From IMG/VR virus record IMGVR_UViG_3300010158_000051, positions 13,820 to 77,819 of that record: DNA of 64,000 bases. One strand, 5' to 3'. Source of the DNA: a virus. Below the pieces are notes generated by a model. The model did no database searches, was not told the origin of the DNA, and was given only the letters and a program-made list of their open reading frames with translations. Position 1 is the first letter of the stretch, and each line of letters starts with the position of its first letter. This document shows positions 1 to 10,815 of the stretch, piece after piece. A program made the translations under genes and the position numbers.

Positions 1-1533
1 TTATTTAATACACCAGTACGAACACACAATATTATTTCTAATACAAATAGCTCTTCAGATCCAAATTCATTGTATTCAAGAATGTCTTATTATTCTGGAC
101 AATATCCTTCTATTATAGATAACAAGGTTGTTATGCCTGCAAATACAGTTGGCACATATACAATTCTTACACCTAATGGCGGAGAGACAAGTTCTGCAAG
201 TCATCCATATTACACATTTTCTACAAAGATGCATATTGGCCCAGCTTCTGATTATCCAATGAATGTTGGTATGGGCGGGGGAATAGTAATGAACCTCGGA
301 AGCAATCCCGTATATGTAGAAATAAGAAAGACATTGGGTACAAGCAAGTCATCATCTGGAAAAACAACTTCAAGTTTTGAATATCGCCTATACGTTTATC
401 AAGGCTCAGAGTCTAATTCTTTGCTTCAAAAAGATGGCACAACTGTTCCATACCGTGTATTAGGAGCTGCTCTACTTGATGATATTGAGGCTTATCCAGC
501 AAATTCTCCTTTTGCAGAATTTGGAAAAACAGTTCATTTAAAGTTTGTTAAAATAGAAAATCCAACAAGTTATCTAAACCTAGACACTGGTAAAGTTATT
601 AAAAATCCATCATTTGAAATACATTTAAATAAAAAAAGATTGGCACTTTCAACAAAAGATATCAACATAGATACAACAGGATCTTACGGTATTTTTTCAC
701 ACACTACTAATCAACAAGTTGGAACTACAGGAAGTATTGTGTTTTCAGAACTTTATGCAACACAGTCGCAGCTAGATCACCCAGCAATTTGGTATCACTG
801 GCAACTCCCAAGCTTTGCAAATGCAATTGCTGGAGGACACAAAGTATTTGAAATTAATTATATGATGCAAACAAAACCTCAAGTTTACGGTGTAAACTAT
901 TATGATGTTCAGTATCAATTAGCACCAGCAATTAATGCTTATGCTGTACCATCGCCTTATGATTGGTATTACTATACAAAGAATCCAGCATACAATCCAA
1001 ACAAAGCTGTACCAGGAGTAAGCCAACTATTGCTTGAAAGCATAAAAGTTTCAAATGATGCACTTTCGTATTCAAATATTTATAATTCTGGATTTAGAGG
1101 AAGGTTTGCAATTATTAACGGTTCCCCTTCAGCTGTTTGGGTTAAGAAGAGCCCAGATGGTAAAAATCCAGTAGATGTTAGTTTTTTGGTAAACACTAAT
1201 GATTTAATTACATTGAGTAGCGAAGTATCTGTAGAAAAAGTTTTTGATCCAGCAAATGTTAATGAAAGTGTAGAAATAAGATCTAATTGGGTTCAATCAA
1301 AGAATGCAGCACTTGGAATTTTAAAAAACATCTTCAGAGCAATTGACGGGTTCAGTAGAGATACACAAGTCTCAATATATGGAAACCCATTATTTGAAAT
1401 TGGAGATGTTGTTAAAGTTAATTATTCATTAAAGAATATATCTAATCAAACATATTTTGTTCAAGGTGTTCATCAAACATTTGATCAAGGCTTAAAAACA
1501 GTATTGGTGCTAAATCAGATAGCAACAAGCTAA
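1..1533 (+). CDS. Minor tail/baseplate hub-type protein, 5' truncated
   Basis: Frame is open from base 1. C-terminal 'GNPLFEIGDVVKVNY...YFVQGVHQTF' is typical of tail hub proteins. Lies in the tail gene context. Confidence 0.6.
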   Translation, partial: LFNTPVRTHNIISNTNSSSDPNSLYSRMSYYSGQYPSIIDNKVVMPANTVGTYTILTPNGGETSSASHPYYTFSTKMHIGPASDYPMNVGMGGGIVMNLGSNPVYVEIRKTLGTSKSSSGKTTSSFEYRLYVYQGSESNSLLQKDGTTVPYRVLGAALLDDIEAYPANSPFAEFGKTVHLKFVKIENPTSYLNLDTGKVIKNPSFEIHLNKKRLALSTKDINIDTTGSYGIFSHTTNQQVGTTGSIVFSELYATQSQLDHPAIWYHWQLPSFANAIAGGHKVFEINYMMQTKPQVYGVNYYDVQYQLAPAINAYAVPSPYDWYYYTKNPAYNPNKAVPGVSQLLLESIKVSNDALSYSNIYNSGFRGRFAIINGSPSAVWVKKSPDGKNPVDVSFLVNTNDLITLSSEVSVEKVFDPANVNESVEIRSNWVQSKNAALGILKNIFRAIDGFSRDTQVSIYGNPLFEIGDVVKVNYSLKNISNQTYFVQGVHQTFDQGLKTVLVLNQIATS

Positions 1534-1558
1534 ATGGTATAATTGAAAAGGAGGACAA

Positions 1559-2383
1559 ATGACACACGTATATATGAGTAATAGAACCCCTACAAGCGTA
1601 GCGGGTAGTGTACAGAAGCGTAAGACGCTTATTATCTCAGCCACAGACCCTAGAAATAACCCTAGATACATAGCCAACTATGTTGGAGAAGTCGTTGTCC
1701 TTTCAGAGCTTAAGTATAGAGAGTACCTTACTAGTCAAAACTTTACGATAGGGGATGATTCTGGATCAGGTACAGATAGCTCAAATGAAGTTGTTGTTTC
1801 TACATTGCATCCGCCAACAAACGTATATTGGGATCCAACATCAACATCAGACACAGAGTATATTAATTCTGGTTCAGCACCCATAGTCAATATTATTGTT
1901 ACATTTGATGCTGCCACAGATGATATTACTACAGATGGATCAATATCATATGAAGCAGAAGTTGCAGTTTCTAATCATCAGGTAACTTCGGGCATAGTTG
2001 GATCTGGTGGAGGCACCAGCACAAATGCATCTGCAACAAAAACAGTTTCTACAAATGCTTCTCTTGCAAAAGTTGTTGCGTCTACAATCAAGGCACCTAT
2101 TAAGACTGCAAGTCACATACAGCTTACATGGAAGCCAGCTGCAGCTTCAGGGGTTATTGGTTATGAAGTCACAGTAGTTGGAGCCAATCAAGCAGGAGCT
2201 AATGGTAAAAATACTAAAGTTTGGCATAATGGTGCAACTGTTAATGCTACAACAAAGCTTCACTATTTTAATTTATATCCAGAAACTGGTACTGTGTTTA
2301 GTGGACATTATTCTTTTACAATTGCAGCAAAATATAGCAAGGGACAATCGGGGGCGGTGACATACAGTGGATTTAACATTTAA
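1559..2383 (+). CDS. Virion structural protein with FN3-like C-terminal domain
   Basis: GAGGA RBS and TGGTATAAT upstream. S/T-rich beta protein with 'IQLTWKP...GYEVTV'. Confidence 0.5.
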   Translation: MTHVYMSNRTPTSVAGSVQKRKTLIISATDPRNNPRYIANYVGEVVVLSELKYREYLTSQNFTIGDDSGSGTDSSNEVVVSTLHPPTNVYWDPTSTSDTEYINSGSAPIVNIIVTFDAATDDITTDGSISYEAEVAVSNHQVTSGIVGSGGGTSTNASATKTVSTNASLAKVVASTIKAPIKTASHIQLTWKPAAASGVIGYEVTVVGANQAGANGKNTKVWHNGATVNATTKLHYFNLYPETGTVFSGHYSFTIAAKYSKGQSGAVTYSGFNI

Positions 2384-3296
2384 AGGAACCTACGTATTTA
2401 AACAAGATGGCGTAGAAATAGGAAGATCTGAAAACTTAATTACCACAAATGGTAGAAAAGTTCTTCTACAATATTTGTCGGGAGTGAGATCTAATTGGGC
2501 ATCAGATATGGCACTGGGTGCAATAAATACAGCACCAACGGTTTCTGATATGGAATTAAACTTTGAAACAATGAGAGTTCCAGTATCTTTAAAAACTTAT
2601 AAATCTGCGACTAATAGCAGTCCAGATTTAATTATTGTAAGAGGAACTTTGCCAGCAAGCTTGTATGCAAATATTTATGAAATTGGATTATATCCAGATT
2701 CAAGAATAACAGATGTTGCAAATCGCAATGATAGAATTATTACTGAATTTTCTGATCTTTCAAATTGGGCTGCAAGTGTTAATGATCCAGCTCAAACTAT
2801 AGCAAATCAAGGAACTGTATACCTTACAGGATTTTCACCACAATCTGAAGCATCTCCAAGAATTGGTGGTTTTTCAGTAGACCTTGCTCAAAATACAAGA
2901 TATGAAAATAATACTTTTGGATTTAGTTTATTGGGATATTCAGATGTAGATACATTAAAAATTCTTGCATATAATACAGTGGCGGGAGTTCTTACAGTAA
3001 CACTGGTAGATACATACGATAATGCATTTACATTTACATACACGCTGGAAGATAACTCTGGCTATCAAATTTTAAATGCTTCATTTCCAGCAAACGTTGT
3101 ATTTAACAATACAATTAAAACAGTTAGAATTGCTACAGACAATACAGCTTCTGTTACAGTTGATGCTATTAAAGCTTCAACAACTCAAGAATTAACAAGC
3201 GAAGATTATTTAATTAGTAAGTCAGTACTTTCAACACCAATTGCCAAAGAATACGGTACTCCATTGGATGTTGAGTATTACGTACAAATACTATAA
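2367..3296 (+). CDS. Minor tail/baseplate protein
   Basis: N-terminal 'ENLITTNG...MALG' and 'IYEIGLY' resemble fibre-collar/baseplate proteins. Confidence 0.5.
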   Translation: MDLTFKGTYVFKQDGVEIGRSENLITTNGRKVLLQYLSGVRSNWASDMALGAINTAPTVSDMELNFETMRVPVSLKTYKSATNSSPDLIIVRGTLPASLYANIYEIGLYPDSRITDVANRNDRIITEFSDLSNWAASVNDPAQTIANQGTVYLTGFSPQSEASPRIGGFSVDLAQNTRYENNTFGFSLLGYSDVDTLKILAYNTVAGVLTVTLVDTYDNAFTFTYTLEDNSGYQILNASFPANVVFNNTIKTVRIATDNTASVTVDAIKASTTQELTSEDYLISKSVLSTPIAKEYGTPLDVEYYVQIL

Positions 3297-3312
3297 AAAA
3301 GGGGTAAGGTAA

Positions 3313-5418
3313 ATGGCAGTTGGCACATTAGCTGGAATGCATTGTTCTGCAGGTACTACTTATGTAGATATTACCTTTACCCGTCCATCCAATTGTACTA
3401 AAATTATTTTTATAATGACTGCAACAGATGGTGTCAGTGCAGCAATTCAAAAATCATATACAATACCATTGCCATATGCAGTTGGGGCAACTATCACTTA
3501 TAGATTTACGGGCCTATCATCAACTAAAAAGTATTATTTAACTGGAAGACCATATAACGGATCAACAGCTGGTACATTAAAAACTTATTCCAATTCAACA
3601 TCAACTCCAATAAATTGCATTGTTATGCCATCAGCAAAAACAACAGCAACTTCAGGAACCACTACAACTACAACAAAATCACCAACAACCGCATCTGCTG
3701 GTTCAGGGCCAGTAACTACATCCTCATCAACTGGAACAACAATCAATGGTGGAACAGTTTCTACATCAAGTGCTGCAGGATCTAACACCCCAACACCTGG
3801 TGCAACAGACGCAACCATTCCATCTGACTTAAACTCTCCGAGTAGATTAAGTTTAAAAATTCCAAATCTTGAACCAAATCAAACATATAGCATTAAAGTT
3901 CGTGCATTTACAACAGATGTAAATGGAGAAACTGTATATTCTCAATACTCAGAACCAATCTATATTACAACCCCAGGTTTTTCAGCATCTGGAACAAACC
4001 ATTTAACAACAAATGTTAATGGGGATATTTTATTAAGTGGCGGATCAATTTTTGCAGGAGATTTTGGAACTGATGCTGGTTTGCTTGATGTTGTAAATGG
4101 TACAACAGACGGTACTGGTGTTATATTAAACCAAACTGGTCTTGCTGGATTTAATGCTGGAACAAGAGAGTTTTACATAGATGCTTCAACTGGTAACGCA
4201 TATTTTGCAGGAACTATTGGTGCAACAGTAATTCAAAGCACAAACTATTCAGCATCAATAGCCACATCAGAACCTAAGTACACAGTTGCTGGAATGCAAA
4301 TAGATTTAAATAATGGATCAATTTCTTCAAAAACTTTTAGAATTACGGAAGCTGGCAATGCATATTTTGCTGGAACAATTGGTCAAGAAGCTTTAATTGG
4401 TTCTACTCTTGCATCAACAGTTGTTTCAAATGCTGCACAGGGTTTGTTAAAAATTAAAACATTCCAGCAAGATGAACCTCCAACAGCTACTCAAGTAGGT
4501 GATCTTTGGTATGATACAAATGATGGATATAAGATGTATCGTTGGAATGGATCATCGTGGATAAGCGTCCAAGATGGTGCTATTGTTACCGCAGCAAATG
4601 CAGCAGCAGCTGCACAATCAAGTGCTAATGGAAAAAATAGGATTATTTATGGTGCAGCGGGAACAACAACGGATGAAGGACAAGCACCAAATTTACAATA
4701 CTATACGGTTAATGCAACTACAGATACATTTTCTGCAACATACTCAAATTCTACAGGCAACATAGAAGGAGACACTTGGTTTGTTAGAAACAGCGTAGGA
4801 AGCATTATTGCTCAATATACAATTGTAAGCGGAACATGGACAAGAACTACTGTGGCAAGTCAAGTAATTGGTAATCTAGATGCTGGAAAAATTTCAGCAG
4901 GAACAATTAGCGTAGCACTTGGGATAACCAACCCTTCTGGAAATTTTACCGTAGACGCAGCAACTGGAAAACTTACCGCAGTTAATGCAGATATTAGGGG
5001 AGGGTTAACAGTAGCATCAGGTACAAACTATTGGACCTCTACAGGTTTATATGCTAACACAACATCTAACGGAACTATTGAATTATATGCTTCTAATGGA
5101 ATTGAAAATGGATCTACAGATGGATTAACAACATCTTATTCAACAAAGATCTCTAAGATTAAAATGACAGCTAGTGGAGGTACTCAAATTTTTGGTATAC
5201 CCGTACAAAAAGGTGTAACAAGTATTGGAAACTATGTAACAGATGCCTATACTGGAAACAGTGCTTGGGGACTTGGTTCGGCAGGAAGAACAAGAGTTTT
5301 AATTGAAGATATATATGATGGACAAGTTAGATTAGGTCTTGGCATTTATTATGGACAAAGAACTTCTCCCCCAGGTGCAAGCACGGGGTATGTAGGAGAT
5401 CTTTGGGTTAGCTGGTAA
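3313..5418 (+). CDS. Tail fibre/minor tail protein (FN3 domains, Thr-rich linker)
   Basis: FN3-like 'IPNLEPNQTYSIKVRA', 'GDLWYDT' and 'GDLWVSW' fibre motifs, 'IGNLDAGKISAGTI' repeat. Confidence 0.65.
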   Translation: MAVGTLAGMHCSAGTTYVDITFTRPSNCTKIIFIMTATDGVSAAIQKSYTIPLPYAVGATITYRFTGLSSTKKYYLTGRPYNGSTAGTLKTYSNSTSTPINCIVMPSAKTTATSGTTTTTTKSPTTASAGSGPVTTSSSTGTTINGGTVSTSSAAGSNTPTPGATDATIPSDLNSPSRLSLKIPNLEPNQTYSIKVRAFTTDVNGETVYSQYSEPIYITTPGFSASGTNHLTTNVNGDILLSGGSIFAGDFGTDAGLLDVVNGTTDGTGVILNQTGLAGFNAGTREFYIDASTGNAYFAGTIGATVIQSTNYSASIATSEPKYTVAGMQIDLNNGSISSKTFRITEAGNAYFAGTIGQEALIGSTLASTVVSNAAQGLLKIKTFQQDEPPTATQVGDLWYDTNDGYKMYRWNGSSWISVQDGAIVTAANAAAAAQSSANGKNRIIYGAAGTTTDEGQAPNLQYYTVNATTDTFSATYSNSTGNIEGDTWFVRNSVGSIIAQYTIVSGTWTRTTVASQVIGNLDAGKISAGTISVALGITNPSGNFTVDAATGKLTAVNADIRGGLTVASGTNYWTSTGLYANTTSNGTIELYASNGIENGSTDGLTTSYSTKISKIKMTASGGTQIFGIPVQKGVTSIGNYVTDAYTGNSAWGLGSAGRTRVLIEDIYDGQVRLGLGIYYGQRTSPPGASTGYVGDLWVSW

Positions 5419-5421
5419 TAA

Positions 5422-8400
5422 ATGGCAGCACATTTGTATGTTAAAAATGCAACAAGCACTTGGTCTGAAGGAACTTTGTATATTAAAGTTGGAGCAAGCA
5501 ATTGGCAACCCGCAAGTGATGCGTGGGTTAAAACAAGCCCCTCAACGTGGGAATCAATTTATTCTTCAACATTTACAATAGATAATACACCCCTTGTAAA
5601 TTTTGATCTAACTTCTGGAAGTGCAACTTATTCTAATAATGATTTATATCAATTTTATGGAACAAATTATCATTTTACTCCAACACCAACCAGCATATCT
5701 GCAAATTTTAAAATGTTTAATCCTCAAAGTGGTAACACAACAACGCTTAAAACATATACTGGCTTAACAAACCCATCATCTAACTCATCAACAAGAGTCC
5801 CATCAAGCGGATATGCATACAAACTATTACAATCCGATGCTTATAATCGTGGAGCAGATACGTATATTACCTTTGGAGTTACAGCGTCAAATGCAAATGG
5901 AGTAACATATACATCTACTGGGTCTTATACATTAAGAACTCCTGCAGCACCAACAGTTACAATTGATACAACATATCAAGTTTCAAATCAAATTAGAATA
6001 AATTGGACTGCAGCAAGTAATGATGATTGGTATGCAACAAATAGATACATTGTTTATTATTATGATATTACAGCTGGAACCTACACTTACGGTTCTTCTG
6101 GAAGTACAAACGGAACTGGCGGATACGGTGCAACAACTATTTCTGGTACTGCCACATTTACTGGATTAAATAATTCTCACACGTACATTTTTTATATTTT
6201 GCCAACTACTGGTACACAAGGGTATACACCAACAAACTATAGCGGATATTTGGGTGCAGTAGGAACAGTAACAACTGGAACGTCTCTTGCACCAGTTGCA
6301 AATTCATCACCATCAATTACAGGAAATGCTTATCCAAACGGTGTTGTAACAGTAAGTAATGCTACATGGTCATTAACGCCAACATCATATACATATTCTT
6401 GGTATAAATCTACAGATTTTCAAACATATGTTTCTATGGGGCTTACAACACAATCAATAACAATACCATCAGATTTTATTTCAACTGGTTATCGTGCAGT
6501 AAAATGTTATGTAACTGCATATTACGGAACCATACCAAGTGATCCAAATGGTTCTTATCCGCTTGAAATTACTTCAAATCAATTAGCTACTCCAACTTTA
6601 TCAACAACTACAATAGGATATTCAGTGTATCCTGCAGGATATGCAAACGTTCAAATTGGAAATTACTATACAGCTTATACAAGTAATGAAACTTGGTCTG
6701 CATCAATTTCTCCAACAGGGCCAACAATTACAAAAAATCAAGAATTTCCAGAAGAATGGAATTTTTCAAATCTAACTGCTGGAGCAACTTATACAGTAAC
6801 AATATATGTTTCAAGAACGGGATTCACTGGAGCATCACAAACAATTCAATTTACTGCATTGCCCCTTAGAGCAAGCAAACCAGTATTTATTACAAATCAA
6901 GGAACAAGTAATTCTACTAAAGGTTATATTGGAGTTTATTCCGCAAACGCTTCTTCAGTAAGCTGGCAAGTATGGAGAAGCGCAAATGGCACAGGAACAA
7001 GTGGTTATGGGAATGCATATTCTTATACACTTTATGATAGTGGTTCTTTTAGTGGAACAGGTTATCAATTTTATGATTTGCCAAGAAATGGTTATTACTA
7101 TATGTCTGCAATCGGATACAACAGTCAAGGAACTGCTTCTGATACAGGTTATTCAAATGGTAGCGGAGATGCGGGTACTGCTGCAAACTGGTTTTATACT
7201 GGAACAGTAGATACACCTTCGGCGGGTGGAGGATATGCATCAGGGTCAGATGCCTATCTTTATTGGTCAGCTCCAGTGGATTCTTATAATCAACAAATTG
7301 GTGCTTCAATATTAAACAACGTTGTTTCATATGAAATTTATTGGTCTTACTTAAATAGTACTCCATCAAGCGGTGCAACTGCAGACTACACTGGAATTAC
7401 TGCAACAAACTATACCGCAACAATTGGTTTAGCAACAACAAGATATTATTGGGTAAGATCATATACAACAAGTGGAAACATTGTTGGTAGAAGTGCTTGG
7501 GTAGCACTTGGTTCCGTAACTATTACTGGAGTAGCACCTTCTGGTATGACAGTATCTTTAGCACCTTCTGGTACACAAATGGCGGGAACAACAATAACAG
7601 CAACGGTATCTGCAGCAACTGCAGGTGCTTCTCCAATTACATATAGTGTGCAAATATTTAAAGCAACAGGAGTTGATCCAACTAATGCTAATACTGGACT
7701 TGAAAGTGGAACAACTTCTGCAAGTCACGCAATTACAACATCTGAAGCATCAGGAACGCCAGATCGTTTTATTGCATATGCAACTGCAACAAATTCATAT
7801 GGTACGCAAACAGCATATTCAAATGTTGTTACATCTACCCCATATGTTGCACCAAATGCTGCACCAACAGGAGGAACTGCAACAGTAACACCTTCTTCAG
7901 GTACCGCTGGCTCTACATCATATACAGCATCAACTTCGGGATGGAGTGGAAATCCTTCTACATTTACATATACATATTCTTGGCAATATTTTAGTAGCAG
8001 TTCGTTTTCATGGGTACAATATACAACTGGTTCTACATTTTCACCAGCATCAAACATAAATACTTTATATCCAAACTACGGTTGGCAATTATATGTAACA
8101 GCTTCTAATGGTATATCTCCAAATGGTACAGCAAGCACAAGTTTTACTGTAAGCACTCCCGCCGCTACCACTACAACGACTACTACAACAACAGCTTGTA
8201 CTTGTGTTTATTCAGACTATGGAACATATTATTATTCTCCACAATGTTGCGGATCTGGTGCACCTTATACAGGACTACCATCTGGTCTTTCTCCTTCAGG
8301 TTCATGTTGTCCCAATGTTAGTAAGCCAGCTACAACTACCACAACAGCTGCTTCCAGACCAACAGTTTATTGGAAATGCAATTCTGCAGACGTTGCAAAT

Positions 8401-8487
8401 GCCTCAAATCCTTGTACTTATGTTGGTCAATGTCGTTATGCTGGAAATACTTATTACTCTCCAGGTTGCGTATCGTGTTGCGACTAG
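5422..8487 (+). CDS. Large Ig/FN3-repeat fibre or adhesin with Cys-rich C-terminal modules
   Basis: 1021 aa, S/T/G/Y-rich tandem beta-sandwich repeats. Poly-Thr linkers are followed by two Cys-rich units. Confidence 0.6.
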   Translation: MAAHLYVKNATSTWSEGTLYIKVGASNWQPASDAWVKTSPSTWESIYSSTFTIDNTPLVNFDLTSGSATYSNNDLYQFYGTNYHFTPTPTSISANFKMFNPQSGNTTTLKTYTGLTNPSSNSSTRVPSSGYAYKLLQSDAYNRGADTYITFGVTASNANGVTYTSTGSYTLRTPAAPTVTIDTTYQVSNQIRINWTAASNDDWYATNRYIVYYYDITAGTYTYGSSGSTNGTGGYGATTISGTATFTGLNNSHTYIFYILPTTGTQGYTPTNYSGYLGAVGTVTTGTSLAPVANSSPSITGNAYPNGVVTVSNATWSLTPTSYTYSWYKSTDFQTYVSMGLTTQSITIPSDFISTGYRAVKCYVTAYYGTIPSDPNGSYPLEITSNQLATPTLSTTTIGYSVYPAGYANVQIGNYYTAYTSNETWSASISPTGPTITKNQEFPEEWNFSNLTAGATYTVTIYVSRTGFTGASQTIQFTALPLRASKPVFITNQGTSNSTKGYIGVYSANASSVSWQVWRSANGTGTSGYGNAYSYTLYDSGSFSGTGYQFYDLPRNGYYYMSAIGYNSQGTASDTGYSNGSGDAGTAANWFYTGTVDTPSAGGGYASGSDAYLYWSAPVDSYNQQIGASILNNVVSYEIYWSYLNSTPSSGATADYTGITATNYTATIGLATTRYYWVRSYTTSGNIVGRSAWVALGSVTITGVAPSGMTVSLAPSGTQMAGTTITATVSAATAGASPITYSVQIFKATGVDPTNANTGLESGTTSASHAITTSEASGTPDRFIAYATATNSYGTQTAYSNVVTSTPYVAPNAAPTGGTATVTPSSGTAGSTSYTASTSGWSGNPSTFTYTYSWQYFSSSSFSWVQYTTGSTFSPASNINTLYPNYGWQLYVTASNGISPNGTASTSFTVSTPAATTTTTTTTTACTCVYSDYGTYYYSPQCCGSGAPYTGLPSGLSPSGSCCPNVSKPATTTTTAASRPTVYWKCNSADVANASNPCTYVGQCRYAGNTYYSPGCVSCCD

Positions 8488-8490
8488 CTA

Positions 8491-8519
8491 TTGACAGAAA
8501 TTTGACGGGATGGTAGAAT
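8491..8519 (+). promoter_or_regulatory. Housekeeping-sigma promoter TTGACA-N17-TAGAAT
   Basis: Near-consensus with extended -10 TG. Similar TTGACA promoters occur near 11487, 26443, 29000, 32052, 35519, 42242 and 42898. Confidence 0.75.
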
Positions 8520-8525
8520 AAACAA

Positions 8526-8885
8526 ATGCTATTAAGTAAAAACGTAATACACATAATCCCTCATGGGCAAGAATATAATTTTGATCCAAATGTTCATATG
8601 TTAGCTTGTTTTATTATTGATGATTTAGTTGTTGAAAATGGAATGTATTCAGAAGAACTAGTTAACTTATTTAATAATTCATATGCTGAGGAAAAAGAAC
8701 AATATGAAAATGGTGAAATTCTTTTTACATTAACTCATAAGTCTGATGGTTCAGAACAGTGGATGCGTTTAGATGAAAGGTTGGGATCTATCATGCTAAG
8801 CAACCCAAAGTTGGTAGAAGTAACAGAAGGATTTCAATGGGTTACAATTGGTTGCAAATATATAGACGGGGTGTTTTATCCATGA
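8526..8885 (+). CDS. Hypothetical protein (fibre-associated)
   Basis: ORF directly after the promoter and overlapping the next gene. Confidence 0.6.
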   Translation: MLLSKNVIHIIPHGQEYNFDPNVHMLACFIIDDLVVENGMYSEELVNLFNNSYAEEKEQYENGEILFTLTHKSDGSEQWMRLDERLGSIMLSNPKLVEVTEGFQWVTIGCKYIDGVFYP

Positions 8886-9136
8886 CAGAAAAAACAAAAT
8901 GGGAACAGTATTTAGATAAGCAAAAAGAAAAAAGCGGGAAAAAGGATGTAAAGCCTTGGGACCTTTTAAACCCTAATACAGAATATATTGATAGAGAAGT
9001 ATCAGAGCAAAGGCTTGAAATTTGTAAAGCTTGCCCAGAATTTTTTGATTTAACAAAGCAGTGTAAAAAATGCGGTTGTTTTATGGCATTAAAAACAAAA
9101 ATGAAAGAGGCTTCTTGCCCTATTGGTAAATGGTAA
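8882..9136 (+). CDS. Small Cys-rich protein (DUF6171-like)
   Basis: 'RLEICKAC...CKKCGCFM..KT......CPIGKW' pattern. Start moved to the ATG at 8882. Confidence 0.65.
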   Translation: MTEKTKWEQYLDKQKEKSGKKDVKPWDLLNPNTEYIDREVSEQRLEICKACPEFFDLTKQCKKCGCFMALKTKMKEASCPIGKW

Positions 9137-10038
9137 TGGCAAGCATATTTGTTCAAATCCCCGCATATCATGATTTTGAGTTAGCTAGAACAATTAAAGA
9201 TTGTTTAAGAAAAAGTTCTGGAAAACACATTATAAATTTTGGTGTACATATAACATATTTTAATGAATTAAACATTGATATTCCTCAAATGGATAATGTT
9301 AAATATAGCACAAGTCTTGCCCCAGAGAACTTAGGGGTTGGTAATGGAAGATACCTTGCAAATGAATTTTATAATGATGAAGATTATTATTTGCAAATAG
9401 ATTCTCATATGAGATTTGAGCCATTTTGGGATGATATATTAATAAATAATTATTTAAAATATTCTTCTATGGGTACAAATCCAGCAATTTCAGCTTATCC
9501 TGGAGCATACGAATATGACGGAGTTGATGTAAAAATATTAAACACTAAAGCACACGTATCATATACCGACTTTATTCAAGAGTTAAGCTTCCTAGATAAT
9601 TATGTGCCACATCAAAGAGCTGTAGGAAATTTTTCAAATAACGTTTTTTCAAGATCTGTTTCTGCCGCTTCAATATTTGCAAGCGGAGAAATAGCTTCTA
9701 TCAAGCCAAATAAAAAAATGTTTTTTTGGGGAGAAGAAGCTTTAACTGCTTTAAGATTATATACTCATGGATTTGATATTATGCTTCCAGAATCTCAAAA
9801 CTTTTATCATTTATATTATGACAATCAAAAAGGTTATAAAAATTTAAGAAGGCAGGCAATTGAAGATTTCCCACAAGAGTCTTCAACTTTAGAAATAGCT
9901 TCGCAAGAAGAGCTTAAAAGAATAATCATTGATAAACCAATTGATGATCAAGGTTTAGGCAGCGTAAGAACGCTAGAAGAATATCAATCTTTTGCGGGAG
10001 TAAATTTTATTGCCAAAAAGATAGTACCAGTGCTATAA
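9136..10038 (+). CDS. GT60/PF11397-like polypeptide GlcNAc transferase
   Basis: 'IFVQIPAYHD.EL..TI', 'YLQIDSHMRF...WD' and 'GEE...LRLYTHGFD' motifs. Confidence 0.75.
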   Translation: MASIFVQIPAYHDFELARTIKDCLRKSSGKHIINFGVHITYFNELNIDIPQMDNVKYSTSLAPENLGVGNGRYLANEFYNDEDYYLQIDSHMRFEPFWDDILINNYLKYSSMGTNPAISAYPGAYEYDGVDVKILNTKAHVSYTDFIQELSFLDNYVPHQRAVGNFSNNVFSRSVSAASIFASGEIASIKPNKKMFFWGEEALTALRLYTHGFDIMLPESQNFYHLYYDNQKGYKNLRRQAIEDFPQESSTLEIASQEELKRIIIDKPIDDQGLGSVRTLEEYQSFAGVNFIAKKIVPVL

Positions 10039-10054
10039 TAGGAGAGGAGGAAAT

Positions 10055-10267
10055 ATGACAACACTATCAAATGAAGAAAAGGTTGGGATTGCACAGCAAC
10101 ACCTAAGAAACCTGCAGATTAACAGATATAACATTGAATTGTCTCTTAAAGAAGAGCAGGCAGTATCAGAGCCAAGCGACAAGGTAATTCAAGATCTTAC
10201 TGATCAAGCTGTTACTTTTGATTTAAGAATTGCTGCAATTCAGGCAGAAATTTCTTCCCTATCGTAA
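10055..10267 (+). CDS. Small coiled-coil protein
   Basis: Strong RBS (GGAGAGGAGG) and TGCTATAAT upstream. Confidence 0.7.
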   Translation: MTTLSNEEKVGIAQQHLRNLQINRYNIELSLKEEQAVSEPSDKVIQDLTDQAVTFDLRIAAIQAEISSLS

Positions 10268-10280
10268 AAGGAAAATATAA

Positions 10281-10460
10281 ATGGCAGAAAAAGCGGAATT
10301 AGTAATTACCGCTCTTCAGCAACGCATCGGAGAACTTGTATCACATTACGAAACTCAAATTGCGGTACTTAGAGCAGACATTACACAACTAATGGATAAG
10401 CAGGAAGCTATAAATGAATATTCTAAAAGCCTTTCAGAAAAAACAGATCAAGCAAATTAA
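10281..10460 (+). CDS. Small coiled-coil protein, 59 aa (not in ORF track)
   Basis: MAEKAELVITALQQRIGELVSHYETQIAVLRADITQL..., with AAGGA RBS. Confidence 0.65.
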   Translation: MAEKAELVITALQQRIGELVSHYETQIAVLRADITQLMDKQEAINEYSKSLSEKTDQAN

Positions 10461-10815
10461 AGATGCACCTTTTGTACCCAGCGGTTTAATCGGATTAAAC
10501 GCTGGTTCTTTTTACTATGTAAAGGGTAATAAGAGGTTTAAATTTGTTTCTGAAAGAGCCATGAAGTCTTGGTACCTTCCCGTCCTTAAAATTGATGCAA
10601 CGTTTTTAAACAAACTATTATCTGGCGGAACTTTAGGCTTTAGAGATGGTTCTTTGGTTAAGGACATTTCTGATGGTAAAATATATCTTATAAGCGATTC
10701 AAAACGTAGGCATGTGGTTGATCCAGATGTGTTACAATGGATTGATACAGATATTATAGAGGCGGGACAAAAAGAAGTCCTAGTCCATCAAGAGGGAGAA
10801 CCAATTGGCGAGTAA
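10414..10815 (+). CDS. Hypothetical protein with an internal two-fold repeat
   Basis: 'YYVKGNKRFKFVS' and 'YLISDSKRRHVVD' repeats. Confidence 0.6.
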   Translation: MNILKAFQKKQIKQIKDAPFVPSGLIGLNAGSFYYVKGNKRFKFVSERAMKSWYLPVLKIDATFLNKLLSGGTLGFRDGSLVKDISDGKIYLISDSKRRHVVDPDVLQWIDTDIIEAGQKEVLVHQEGEPIGE

